Source of the DNA: Callorhinchus milii
Lineage: Eukaryota
Assembly: GCF_018977255.1 (NCBI RefSeq)
Contig: NW_024704742.1
Location: forward strand, 115,260,001-115,324,000
DNA: 64,000 bases
Direction of reading: 5' to 3'
Translations under genes and position numbers: made by a program
Shown here: positions 25,401 through 37,412 of the stretch, in pieces
How the letters are laid out: every line of letters starts with the position of its first letter
Numbering within the stretch: the stretch's first letter is position 1
Notes under the pieces: model-generated
The model's database searches: none
What the model saw: only the letters and a program-made list of their open reading frames with translations
What the model was told of the DNA's origin: nothing

Positions 25401-27046
25401 AGAAACGCAAAGCATCTGAATGGGTCACAACAGGCTCACTATTGTTCTAGTTTTATTAGATGCAAAAATCATTGACCTTTCCAAGCTGAAAGTTTACCTC
25501 AGTGGTTTGTGGAGTACTTTGAATAGGAAAAGTGTTTCAACAATTGAGTGATGCACTTAAACTTGCTTTGGCTTTTTTGAGGAAGGTGATGTATTTTTCG
25601 TTATGGCTTTGCCATCGCTGACAACCTGCAATGAATACAGTAAAACTTGCATAAGTCTGATCTGAATAAATCGTATAATTGCCGAAGTCGTACATCTTCC
25701 CAGGTCCCGTTGAATTTCCTATTATTTATAAGTTTCACGTAACTCATACTTTGCATTAGTGATTTTCAGTGTATGGTCTCAACTGATATGACTTATGTGA
25801 GGTTTACTGTAGAATGCAATTTCTCTGCTTATCTGAAGTTTCCTTAGCACCCGATCTCCGCTGTTTGTTGCCACCATTCAGCAACTGAAAAGACCAGCTG
25901 CAAGACGTGATGGTGTCATATATTTTACCTATTTGACAATTTGTGTTGCCTTTGAGACATTTATTTTTTCCCCCCAGTTTATCACTTCCTAAATAACTGC
26001 AGCAAAATTGCTTAATATTCAGGCACATCTCCCAGCTTTTGCTGCTGTTATTTTGGCATGAGTTGATCGGAGAAAAAACTTCTAAAGGCCTTGTGCATGG
26101 ATGGAGTGTTTCACATCATTGCACCACTTAAGCAATGATATCTTCACCATAAATTTGTTTTGTGGAAGAAAAATGTACAGTGGACTATGGAGAAAATTAA
26201 CATCCAGTTCATATTCTAACTTGATAACAAAGAGTTAAAATAGCCTTTCATTTAGCAGCCAGGATGGAGTATTATTAAAGACTACAGTTTTGTTTTTAAA
26301 AAATATATTGTATTTTGTATAATATACAATGTATAAAATCTGGCTTTTCTCCAGTACTTCATTGCTTTTCTCTCTTTTAGCTTCTTACTAATAGCTAAGC
26401 TGTATGTACAAAGGAGTAATTAACCTGTATTCCTTTCCATTTCACTATTAATTGCCAAACTAATTTATACCACCCAGTATGTGTACACTTCTTCCAGTTA
26501 GCTTTTGTTGAGAATAGATTTTGTGAGGCTTTTATTGGTCAGCCGAGTGTCGTTGACACATGTGGAAATCCATCACATGCTTAAGAATATACAAACCTGA
26601 CTAAGCTCCACACACTCAGTGATTTGTCTGCTAAATTGCCAAGAGTAACTACAAGAATTTGTTTATTCATAATACAAACACTGCTTTAAATGTCATTAAC
26701 GATTCTTAAGAATCTCAGTGCTATAGACTAACGTTGTACAGGATAATTGGGAAATTAAATCACAGCTGGCCTTAGTCTGTATGATTTGCCATCCACTTGC
26801 TAAGGCCACTATCCAATAAATCAGGAAATGTGCAGTGATAGATTGTGCTCGGTTCAGTAGCAGGTTTTTCCCATATCTCATACCAGATCTACAAATAAGT
26901 CATACCACACCATTGGATGAAAGCAGAGTTCCACAGTCTATATGACTGACTCATCTGAATAATTGTTTCTTAAGTGTACTTATTTCTTACCAAAGAAAAT
27001 TGGAATTTAGGTATGTGCAATAAACCATCCTCGTCAAATGTGTTTC

Positions 27047-27450
27047 CAGCCTGATGTAGTTGGAAGCACTCTCGCCTCCAAATCAAGGTTGTAGGTTCAA
27101 GCCCCATGTCGGGATTTGGAACTCATATTATCTAAGTTGACACTAATGTGGTCATGGGGGTGTGCTGCATTATTGGAGGTGCATCCTTTGAATGAGACTT
27201 AAATTGAGCCCCTGGCTGGTGGATGTTAAAGATCTCATGGCACTATTCGAAAAGTGAAGGGTGTTTCTCCAGGTATCCTTGTTAAAAATCCCCCAAACAA
27301 AATTATTCATTCATTTCATAGCTGTGCACAAGTTGGCTTTTGCGTTTATTCACAAAATATACACATCAACTGCACTTTGCAGTATATCCTGTGAAGTGTT
27401 TTGGCACGTCTTTCCGACCTGAAAGGCAAAATGTAAGGATTATTATTAAA
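27047..27450 (+). mobile_element. DeuSINE-like SINE, degenerate full-length
   Basis: A/B-box head, ggatgttaaagatctcatggcactattcgaa core, (ATT)n tail. Confidence 0.7.
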
Positions 27451-27839
27451 TTAATTATTAAATGAGCATTTGATGGGATTGTTTGCTTCTTTCTAGTTTA
27501 AATATTTAAATGAGAATCTCTGGCATAACATTGTCAATGCGTAGATTGCACGTAGGGGTTATATATGCAAGCCAAGGGCACAAAGCTATGTATTAGTATC
27601 CCTCTAATGGCGGTGCTAAAAAGAAGTCTAACAATCTTCATTAATTGCTTGCTTTGTTTACTGTCTGCTGTAACCTTTAAGGACATTGCTTTGCAATAAT
27701 CTAATTTGATTATTGCGCAGATTGTTAAGGATTCTATTGAAGGCTTTGTTAATTGTGTGACATTTTCAAGATTTGAATCTCACTAAAGTTTGCTTACTTT
27801 ACGTTATTTCTGACTTTCCCCCTCCCCTTGTCTTTGCAG

Positions 27840-27957
27840 ACTATGGGATGATGGTATCATTGACCCTGCTGATACCAGGTTGGTGCTGGGTCTGAGTCTC
27901 AGTGCTGCTCTCAACGCACCCACCAAGAGAACAAACTTCGGAATCTTCAGGATGTGA
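27840..27957 (+). CDS. MCCC2: MCCC2 terminal coding exon (human exon 17 equivalent)
   Basis: tctttgcag|A...TGA; 118 nt; (R)[38 protein letters not shown], with the conserved FGIFRM C-terminus. Confidence 0.97.
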
Positions 27958-28047
27958 CCTGGGCATTTATTTATTAACACCAAGATTTCCTGATTTGCAC
28001 ATATGTGATATGTGATATGGGAACTGAAAATTACTAACAAATTGTGA

Positions 28048-28053
28048 AATAAA
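28048..28053 (+). terminator. Candidate MCCC2 polyadenylation signal (alternative AATAAA at 28671)
   Basis: First AATAAA after the stop codon, about 90 nt downstream; usage not demonstrable from sequence. Confidence 0.45.
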
Positions 28054-29210
28054 ATGTGCATTTTTAATAGCGCTGGTTTGTTCATGTATTTAAATGATGA
28101 AAAATACCAGAAACTCTGGCAAAGAGAGAGAGAGGTAGGTCTAAGGGCACAGGTGTCAATGGGGAGATTCAGATCCATGTGTCAATCGGTGGGGTGGGGG
28201 GGGTGGTCTTTGTGCTCACTGAATATCACAAATGGCTCTTGATGCCAAGTCCATCCAAGCATTTAAAAACAAATTGGATAATTGTTTGAAGAGCAATACT
28301 ATTGTATATCAGAAAGGAGCAGGGGAATACAGGAAGAGCAAATAGAATTAGAGGGAAACTAGCACCAGCATTGACATGATGAGCTAAATGGCCTCCTCTG
28401 ATGTAAGACGTGGGATAATGTCAAACTACGGCATTATTCAGTGCTCCAAAACACTGTCCTGCATGAAGGGACTACATAAATGCAAGTTACTGTTCTCAGA
28501 TTCTACGTTCAGCTCACAGCATTTCACTCCAGTCTGATATGCTTTTTAATCTAGTTCTTTATCTTGTCATCAAACTAACATTAAGAAACAAAACATCTCT
28601 AATTGCCTAACTGTACAGGCTGTGTTAATATTGATTTGTGTAGGATAATATAGTTAAATATAATGGCAATAATAAATTAAAATTGAAATCATAGCACATT
28701 ATATAGTTTAGTAAATCCAAGGTTATCCAATCTGAACACAGTGAGTATTTTAGTTCATTTAAGAAAGACTTTCTGCTCATGTGAATGAGCTAGCAAAATA
28801 TAAATAGATTTGAGTTAAAATGGGATGATTTTCAATGCTACAATAGGCAAAACGCAGCTAGAAGGACAACAAAACATTTCTGCACACTTTGAGGTATGTT
28901 TAAAAAATAGTTTCAGAGTAAGATTGAGAGCATTTTGGATGCATTTTGGATCTATTTGATCATATTTGTGGGGTATTTTATTCATATCCGGTTACAAGAA
29001 AAAATCCTGAAGTATAATCAGTGAGGTGTTATACCATTTTAGATCTTAACCACTTGACTGATGAAGTCTCAGTGTTTTTTGATTTCTTATTTTCTTGGAA
29101 AGACTTTAATTAATCTTGTTAGAGAACCCTTAACTCCCAATAAAACCAATGACTTCCAGTTAGTCAATGACTTCCAGTTAGAGGCATAGAAAGTTTAAGA
29201 AACTTAAGAA

Positions 29211-29331
29211 ACTGAGCTACAGGACTCCACAACAGAGGATGAATCAACAGATACAATAGGTCATTGAAGGCGGCCATTTGACCTATTGTATCTGTTGATT
29301 CATCCTCTGTTGTGGAGTCCTGTAGCTCAGT
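29211..29331. repeat. Perfect inverted repeat, 53-bp arms with 15-nt spacer
   Basis: 29211-29263 is the exact reverse complement of 29279-29331. Confidence 0.95.
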
Positions 29332-29608
29332 GGTTAGAGCACTTGCCTTGCAAGCGAGACACCTCGGTTCAATTCCAGATAGGGTGAAACCTTGGGCAAG
29401 TTTCCTTACTCCACACGCCTAATAATAATCCCTCCAAAAGCAAAAACAATAATAAATTGGTCAGTTTGTGGGACACTGCTGCGCAATTGGCTTCTGCGTT
29501 TCACCCACAAATATACAATCAATTCACTTTACAGCATATTCTGTGAAGCGCTTTGAGACGTCTAGAAGACGTAAAAAGCGCTATATCAAATGCAAGGATT
29601 ATTATTAT
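29311..29608 (+). mobile_element. tRNA-Ala(TGC)-derived SINE, full-length
   Basis: A-box tagctcagtgg, cttgcaa loop, B-box ggttcaattcc, L2-like stem-loop tail and (ATT)n. Confidence 0.88.
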
Positions 29609-31814
29609 CCTCACATTTCAGGCCTTAACCAAGCATGCATTTCTTTCATATTGCTTTCCACTGCTCCATCTCACACTGAATACTGCCGAACCCCTCATTC
29701 ACAACTTTGTGACCTGCCACCGAGACTTCAGACACATTTCTCGCTAATTTCTCAAGTCCCACCATCCATAAGCTCCCAACGAATCCCAAACTCCGCTGTC
29801 TACATCTTCGCCCACCCCAAACTTCAGTCCTCACCTGGCTCGCTGGCTCCCAACTGATTGACTTCAAAGTACTCTCCGTCATCTACAAATCCCTTTATGC
29901 CCTAGCACCTCCCTATCTCTGATCTTCTACTCCATTCTCAGCTTCTTCTTCCACTTGGCTAATAATATTGTTCTCCACATTCTACCATCGATGACCAAGC
30001 CTTAAGCTACTACACCAAATGCACAATAAAACCTATTCTAGATCTTTGGTATAAATTACTTTCTGTGTACTTGTGCTTCCATGTTCCATGTACTTAATTT
30101 CATTGCATTCTCTCACGTGATACAATTTACTCATTCTTTAGCAGTGATTTTTGAAAATGTATTTCTAGGGCAGTGAAACAACAATTGGATTATTCCCCAA
30201 ACCAAATTGAGCTACTTATTGAACTGAAAAATGAATTTCAATGTGGATTCTAATTACTTTTCCTATTGTAAAACTGAATACCTTTTTGGGGTGGAAGTAT
30301 GGTCAAGCCACAACTTTCCTTAAAAGACCTTAAAGAATGCTACTCCTTCCAATTTCTAAGTCAATTGAGAGAGAATATCAAATCCCTTTTTCTCTGTAAT
30401 AAGTACAACTTTTAATACTATTTATTCTGTTATGTCTTTAAAGAGCCAAATCAATAAAACCACCATGATTGACTGATCAGTAAAGAACAGGTTAAGAATG
30501 AGTAGAAATAACAACAATAACTTGCATTTATATAGCGCCCTTCACACAGAGCAGCATCCTGGAGTGCTTGTATAATACTATATACAGTTGATTATACAAT
30601 GCACGTGAGTATTTTAGTAAGCTTAAATCTGTTATTCTGGAAGCCTGATGATGAAAGCTCCTATCTTTTGGGGATTTGAACGATATTCATATGTTCAATA
30701 GTCTTTCTGAGTATTTTAAATCAATTAAAATAGTCACAAATACTATTGTGTATTGAAATTCACCTGCACTCTCCTAGCCTTAAATATTCCATTAAACTAC
30801 TGGAATTTGAATAAACGTTAAAACTTTCTGTTCTTTCCCAGACGATGTTTTGACAATTCAGTTTCTTTGGAAACGATTCGAATTCCAAAGACTGACCACA
30901 TCAATTGTAATGAGTCAGAGTTAGCAAAGACATTTGGGAAAGTGCTGAATGGAGACAAGGTAGGGCAAAGCAAGCAATAGAAAAGTGAGTCAACCTGCAC
31001 CACGTTACCACATGATCACTACAATTATTATAAAGTCAGAATGCAAATCTTGAAAAGTTACGTTCTTGTTTTATCATTACTGGACTACCTTTATTTGGTA
31101 TTATTTTTATACTTCTGCCTAAGTATGCCCTCCCGACGTGAAAGGTGCTATACAAATGTAATTTTGTTGTTGTTGTTGTAAGTATTCATAACGTATGAAC
31201 ACAAAGTAAGCTTTGGTTAAAAAACAGCTTTATTGGGTACAAAAGTCAAATAAAGGGTGTTCAGAGTTTTTTTTTTGCTCTTAACAATTCCATTTATGTC
31301 CCTTTGTAACTTTTTGATAAATGATTTGAAATCATGAGATGCCAGGTGCCAATGAAGAAGAAAGGTGTAGTCAAATATTGCAATAGGCAGAGGTGTAGGA
31401 GGAACAAGTCATCTTTACATTCTCTTGGCAGAGAAATGAAGCATTCAATCATCCTGAGGAAATAGTTGCAATATGACTTGCAATAGAGGAAGACAACTTG
31501 AGCTGTTCACATATTAAAGTTTTTCCAGTTTGTGTGGAAAATTTGCCGAAAATAACAACAAGAAGTAAGAAAATAATAAGAAAGAAGATTGGATTAAAAT
31601 GACCCTAAAGATGACGTAAAAAGTTATCTTCCCCAAATAAAAGAGTGTAACAGCTTTATTGTTCAATACAATTGAATAATAGACCAATTATAAAAATATA
31701 ATTTCTATATTCATGTCCCGAGCATTCTTTAATAGTGGTAAAAGAAGAAAAAAATATAACCCCAGTGTCATTAATTCAAAGTTTAAGATGATTTGCTGTA
31801 ACTAAAAATTAAAA

Positions 31815-33012
31815 CATCATCAACCCCTCCCTGTCCACTGGCACTGTTCCATCCCCTTAAAAACAGCCATCATCATCACCCCTATCCTCAAAAAACCTTC
31901 CTTGGACCCATCCCTACTCTCAAATTACCACCCCATCTCCAACTTTTCTTTCCAAGCTCCTTGAACAAGTCGTTGCTTCCCAGCTTTACTCCAGGACTGA
32001 GCCCTGAAGAACATCATCCGCAGACATGGGGTCAATTTCCACATGTGGGGATGATACCCAACTCCATCTCTCTGCCCCCACCCTCGATTCCAGGACCACT
32101 GCTGTCCTGACAGAATGTCTGTCAGAAATCAAATCCTAAATGAGAGCTAACTTTCTACAGTTGAACATCAACAAGACCGAGCCCTGCTGAATGGCTCCCG
32201 TCAGCACCTCCACACCTCAGGCCCGACAGCATCACCATCCAGGGATGTACACTCCACCTCACTGAGCCAGTCCGGAACCTTGACATCTTGTTTAACTCTC
32301 AACTGTCCTTTCTACCTCACATCTATACCATGACCTGCTCTGCCTTCCCCCACCTCCACAACATCGCCTGGCTCCGCCACTGCCTCAGCCCTCAGGCCGC
32401 CAAAACTCTCATCCACACGTTCACCACATCTCGGCTCGACTATGCCATCTCCCTGCTTGTCGGCCTTCCCAACTCTTCCCTCCCCAAGCTGCAGATCATC
32501 CAGAACTCTGCAGCTCTTGTCCTCTCCTGCACCAGGCTCCGTGACCCCATCACCCCCATGCTCATCTGGCTCCACTGGCTCCCCATCCCCCAGAGGATAG
32601 AGTTCAAAATCCTTGTTCTCGCCTTCAAGATCCTCCATGGCCTTGCTCCTTCCTACCTCTGCGACCTGCTGACCCCATATAAATCTGTCCGCTCCCTCTG
32701 CTCAGCAGACCACAGCCTGCTCCACGTCTCTGCCCAGCCCTCCTCACCATCAGCAGTCCGGCTTTCAGCCTCTGCTCCCACCTTTTGGAACTCCATTCCA
32801 CATTCTCTTTGCTTCGCTCCCTCCTTTGCCTCCTTCAAGGCACGTCTCAAGACCCTCGTCTTTGACCATACCTTCAGCCACTTTCCTGCCCTCCACCCTC
32901 CTGATCCCAACCCCCTTGCTTGGATCCAAATCCCTGACTGTCCAGCGCCTTGTCACATCCTCTCTACATGAAAGGCGTTACACAAATATAGTTTTGTATT
33001 GCATTGTATTGT
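31815..33012 (+). mobile_element. L2-clade LINE fragment
   Basis: ORF 32288-32971 (SRLDY, LHWLPIPQRIEFK) with decayed RT upstream. Confidence 0.88.
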
Positions 33013-33689
33013 AAAATCAATGCAATATGAATTTCATCATTTTAAAAGATATAGAAGCAACGCTTCATTTCATTGATCAAAAATATTTATCTGTATCCTC
33101 ATTCTTTCTCAACGAAAAGCAACATAAGCAATGTTTGAGTACCAATTATTTTTACCATGAAAAACATATTTCACCCGAACAATGACCAGGGTCTTGTAAC
33201 AAGCAATTAATTTTTGTGCTGACGCATACAGTATTTAGCTGAACCCATGAGAGCTGTACAAAGGGCAGACAGGAATCACATCCAGAAACTATATCTATCT
33301 TGGACCTATTGTAAATATCAGCTGGCTGATCCCTTTGTCTAGACCTGTCTGCATACATGCTATGGACCTGCTACGATTTAAGGTTAAATAACTCTCACTT
33401 TATCCACCACAAAACAAAGTAACCAGACAACTATGCTGGATTATAGCAAGCTCGTTCAATTAGATCAGCCTCTGGGATTTTAATGTCTTCCCACAACAAT
33501 TTAGAAGTTTGTGTGATTGAACGTACTAAAAGCAGTGAGATGACTCAGGTATTTTCACAATGCTCTTTAGCACATTTATTCATATCCTGCAAAACAAGTG
33601 GCCCTGCATTGTCATGAGCAGACAATGTAAGAATGATCGAACGCTTTCCAATTACTAAGGTATTCCATTCAGACCTCTGTAGCACTAAT

Positions 33690-34402
33690 CTATGCGTTTA
33701 TCACATCCAGGCTTGACTACATCAACTCTCTGCTTGCTGGACCACTCAACAACAGCAAGAACAACAACCACCACAAATTACATTTGTATAGCACCTTTCA
33801 TGTCGGGAGGATGTACCAAAATGCTGGACCCAATTCCTCCCTACACAATCTGCAGATGGTTCAGAACTGTCTTTTCCCACACTAAGCTCTCTGAGTCTAT
33901 CACCACCATCCTCGCCCAGCTCCATTGTCTCCCCATACCCCAGCAGATTGTGTTGAAGATCCTTATTTCAAATCCCTCCACATTCTTGCCCCACCCTACT
34001 TGTGCAATCTCCTCAAACCATACCAATTTAACCACTCCCTTGTTTTAGCAGGCATCGGCCTGTTTTACGTCTCCTGCTCTAGCTACCCCATAATTGGTAG
34101 TCGGACAATCAGTTTATCCACCACAACTCTCTGGAATTCGATCCATCCCTCAACAACAACAACAAAATGACATTTATAAAGCACCTTTCACGTCGGGAGG
34201 ACGTCCCAAGGCACTGGACAGTCAGGAGTGGGGTTGGGTTGAGGGAAGGCAGAGAGACGGAAGGGCGACCAAAGGCATGATTGAAGAGGAGGGTCTTGAG
34301 ATCAGCCTTGAAGGAGGCAAGGGAGGAAACGAGGCGAAGGGACTGTGGGATGGAGTTCCAGAGTATGAGGGCAGAGAGGCTGAAAGCTCGGCCACCGATG
34401 GT
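33690..34402. mobile_element. Cluster of L2 fragments on both strands
   Basis: + strand decayed L2 interrupted by - strand L2 tails. Confidence 0.7.
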
Positions 34403-34651
34403 ATAAAAATAAAAAGAAGTTCTCCCCCCTTCCCCGCCCCCCCACACCGATAAAGGAAAATATCTCAAACAAATCCACTCACTACACTGCTGAACCACAC
34501 ATACATGTGTTAGGGTTTGATTTTGTCTTTATTATTTATAGAAAATAATAAAGCAAATCACTCATGACTTACGACTATAAGACTTGTATTACGACTTGTA
34601 TTCTATTTTTCTTCCTAGATAAGGATTTTGTTTTTAGCAAAATATACGACA

Positions 34652-35365
34652 CATTTACTGATCACTATTTGCTGATCACTATTTGGTGATCGCTATTTAC
34701 TAATCACTATTTGCTGATCACTATTTGCTGATCACTGTTTACTGATCACTATTTGCTGATCACTATTTACTGATCACTATTTGCTGATCACTGTTTACTG
34801 ATCACTATTTGCTGATCACTGTTTACTGATCACTGTTTACTGATCACTATTTGTTGATCACTATTTACTGATCACTATTTACTGATCACTATTTGCTGAT
34901 CACTATTTACTGATCACTATGTACTGATCACTATTTGCTGATCACTATTTGCTAATCACTGTTTACTGATCACTATTTACTGATCACTATTTGCTGATCA
35001 CTATTTACTGATCACTATTTACTGATCACTATTTACTGATCACTATTTGCTGATCACTGTTTACTGATCACTATTTGCTAATGAATGTTTACTGATCACT
35101 ATTTGCTGATCACTGTTTACTGATCACTATTTGCTGATCACTGTTTACTGATCACTATTTGCTGATCACTGTTTGCTGATCACTATTTACTGATCACTGT
35201 TTGCTGATCACTGTTTACTGATCACTATTTGCTGATCACTATTTGCTGATCACTGTTTGCTGATCACTGTTTACTGATCACTATTTGCTGATCACTATTT
35301 GCTGATCACTATTTGCTGATCACTGTTTACTGATCACTATTTGCTGATCACTATTTGCTGATCAC
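34652..35365. repeat. 14-bp minisatellite, about 51 units of T[A/G]TTT[A/G]CTGATCAC
   Basis: Directly visible tandem array, 714 bp = 51 x 14. Confidence 0.97.
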
Positions 35366-35670
35366 GATCATCGTTATTGTCAACCGTCGCAGGTCAGTGT
35401 CCCCCCAGTTGAGCACCAGCTGCTGCCTCTCTCTCCCTCTGACTGACCCACAGCCCTCCCCACACAGCTGCGTCCTGTGCCGCACAGGTCCTGAGCAGCA
35501 ATAAGCCGAGCGCTCCCTCTCGGCGCTTCCCTCGAGAGCTCCTCTCTGTCGCGAAGAATTAAAGCCATGGATTTTCCAGGAGCAAATTGGAAGTTTTTTT
35601 TTTTGGTGGTGTTGTTGTTTTTTTTTTTTTTCCTTTTCCTTCTTGGACTTGTCGAGCAATGCGCTCATCC

Positions 35671-35678
35671 TGACGTCA
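35671..35678. promoter_or_regulatory. cAMP response element (CRE) in CARTPT promoter
   Basis: Perfect palindrome TGACGTCA about 65 bp upstream of the TATA box; mammalian CART promoters have a functional proximal CRE. Confidence 0.85.
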
Positions 35679-35742
35679 ATGTGTCCGTGTCCCTGATTGA
35701 TTTCCGAGAGGGGCAGTCACTTATTGGAAAGGTGCCGTTCGC

Positions 35743-35750
35743 TATATAAA
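35743..35750 (+). promoter_or_regulatory. TATA box of CARTPT (inverted CCAAT at 35723-35727)
   Basis: TATATAAA about 65 bp upstream of the ATG, in a CpG-rich stretch (~35370-36080). Confidence 0.85.
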
Positions 35751-35804
35751 GCCCCAGTGTGGCGCTGGAGGGCGTGAAGCCCCGCGTCTGCCACCGGTTT
35801 GAGG

Positions 35805-35825
35805 TTCAGCACCATGGAGAGCTCC
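35805..35825 (+). promoter_or_regulatory. RE1/NRSE (REST binding site) overlapping CARTPT start codon
   Basis: TTCAGCACCATGGAGAGCTCC matches 18 of 21 positions of consensus TTCAGCACCACGGACAGCGCC with canonical half-site spacing. Confidence 0.8.
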
Positions 35826-35954
35826 CGCCTGTGTCTCCTCACTCTGCTGAGCGCCGCTCTGCTCCTGCACTCCCACTGCCAGGAATCGGACCTGGAATCC
35901 AGATCCCTGGACCACTCCTCAGCCAAAGAGGACTCCTCTCAGGAAAAGGAGCTG
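35814..35954 (+). CDS. CARTPT: CART prepropeptide exon 1 (signal peptide and pro-region)
   Basis: Kozak accATGG; MESSRLCLLTLLSAALLLHSHCQESDLESRSLDHSSAKEDSSQEKEL; donor gtgagt. Confidence 0.96.
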
Positions 35955-36481
35955 GTGAGTTCCGATCAGCCTTCTCCTCCTCTGCTGCCCTCACACCGTT
36001 TTCTCACCCTTACCCCACAGCAGACAACTGCTTTCCGTGTGAAAGCGCTGCAAATCCCTTTAACCGTTTCGGCTGTTTCGGGTTAACAAAACAAAATTGA
36101 ACAAATGCAAGTGATTTAGTATTGTCGTGGACACAAACTGAAAATAAGGTATTTTGTAAATGTTGCCCCCTCCCCCCCCCACCCCCCCCCCCCAAAAAAA
36201 CACAAAGTTATTATAACATTGAAGCACTCCATTCTGCCCAAATAGTTTTTTTTTCTAAATGGATGTTAGGAAATGAGAACAATAAACGGTAATCTCAGTG
36301 CGATCAGGTCAGTGGGAAACGAGGGCTGTGTGAAATGTGATCATCCTTTTCATGGAAACCTTTGGCGCAATGTAGGAAACTTTCTCGTTTTGCTGAGCAG
36401 GATTTGATCAATTCGCACTGCATACCCTTCCCACGGGCTTTGCACGATTGCACATTGTAAGAGGCTTTGGTTTTCACACAG

Positions 36482-36565
36482 ATTGAAGCTTTGCAGGAAG
36501 TTCTGGAGAAACTCAAAAGCAAGAGGATGCCAACCTATGAGAAAAAGTTCGGCATGGTCCCAATG
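36482..36565 (+). CDS. CARTPT: CART prepropeptide exon 2
   Basis: cacacag|ATT...ATG|gtaagt; IEALQEVLEKLKSKRMPTYEKKFGMVPM with KR and KK convertase sites. Confidence 0.97.
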
Positions 36566-37412
36566 GTAAGTTGTATCCAGTTAATGTAGGTAAGGTCATA
36601 TAAACAGCATTACAGTACTCTTACTTAACGTATTTTTTACATTTCCTGCACATATACAATTCTCTGTATTCTCTCTATATAACAAACTTCTTTTTCTCAA
36701 TACGAACAAAACTAATTTCATGAACCAAGTTATATTTCTAAATCACTCTACACAGACGCAGTGTGAGAAAACACCCAATAGATCTAAAATGATCACTAAT
36801 GTAATGTCACAATGCAGCTTTGGCTTATAATGGGTCTCGAGTCTTTCTGTCTCTCGCTCTGCTCTCTCTGTGCGAATGTTTGTTTCAATATTGTGCAAAC
36901 AGACTTTTTTAAGGTACGAGATTAAAATGAAGTGAAACCTTCTGAGCAAAGAGAATGATTATGATTTAATAATTTAGGAATTCATTGCAGTAAGCCTTTA
37001 TTTTGCATCCTTTATTATTATTTTCCTTTACAAACGTATCCAATTATTCAAGGTGGGAAAATATTTTACACCAAGAAGGAACACCTAAATATATCAGCAA
37101 ACATAATTTACAGTAACATTTAGTCACCAGCCACAAATGTATTAGAGACTGTCACGTTTTAAGTCGGAACAGGCTGAGGAAGATAGAACATTCATCTTTG
37201 TTTGACTCATCACTGATATATAACTACTGTTGAAACTAATGATACATGATAAAAATCCAGAGATAATGTCCAGAAAAAATAAACTGTTCTTAGTTTTGGC
37301 AGTAGCATTAAATTCAGATCAATTCATGCTTTCGTATTCACAGGTAAAATATTTTTGCTGGTGAGACACAAGGAAGGAATAACTAACATTTCTTTTTACT
37401 TTAAAAACACAG

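Noticed and set aside
29313..29385. tRNA-Ala gene
   Set aside because: No proper acceptor stem; runs into a SINE body and tail; multiple diverged copies in the window
34652..35365. CRISPR-like array
   Set aside because: Contiguous tandem units with no unique spacers, no cas genes, and a eukaryotic context
35721..35729. STAT element TTATTGGAA
   Set aside because: Fits only the loose TT(N5)AA pattern, not TTCNNNGAA; better explained as an inverted CCAAT box
35799..36086. Single-exon 95-aa ORF from the track
   Set aside because: It is CARTPT exon 1 read through a strong gtgagt donor into the intron; the real start is 35814
36443..36481. Rodent-type long CART isoform via an acceptor 39 nt upstream of exon 2
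   Set aside because: No AG at that position; the only nearby in-frame alternative (GAG ending 36463) lacks a pyrimidine tract
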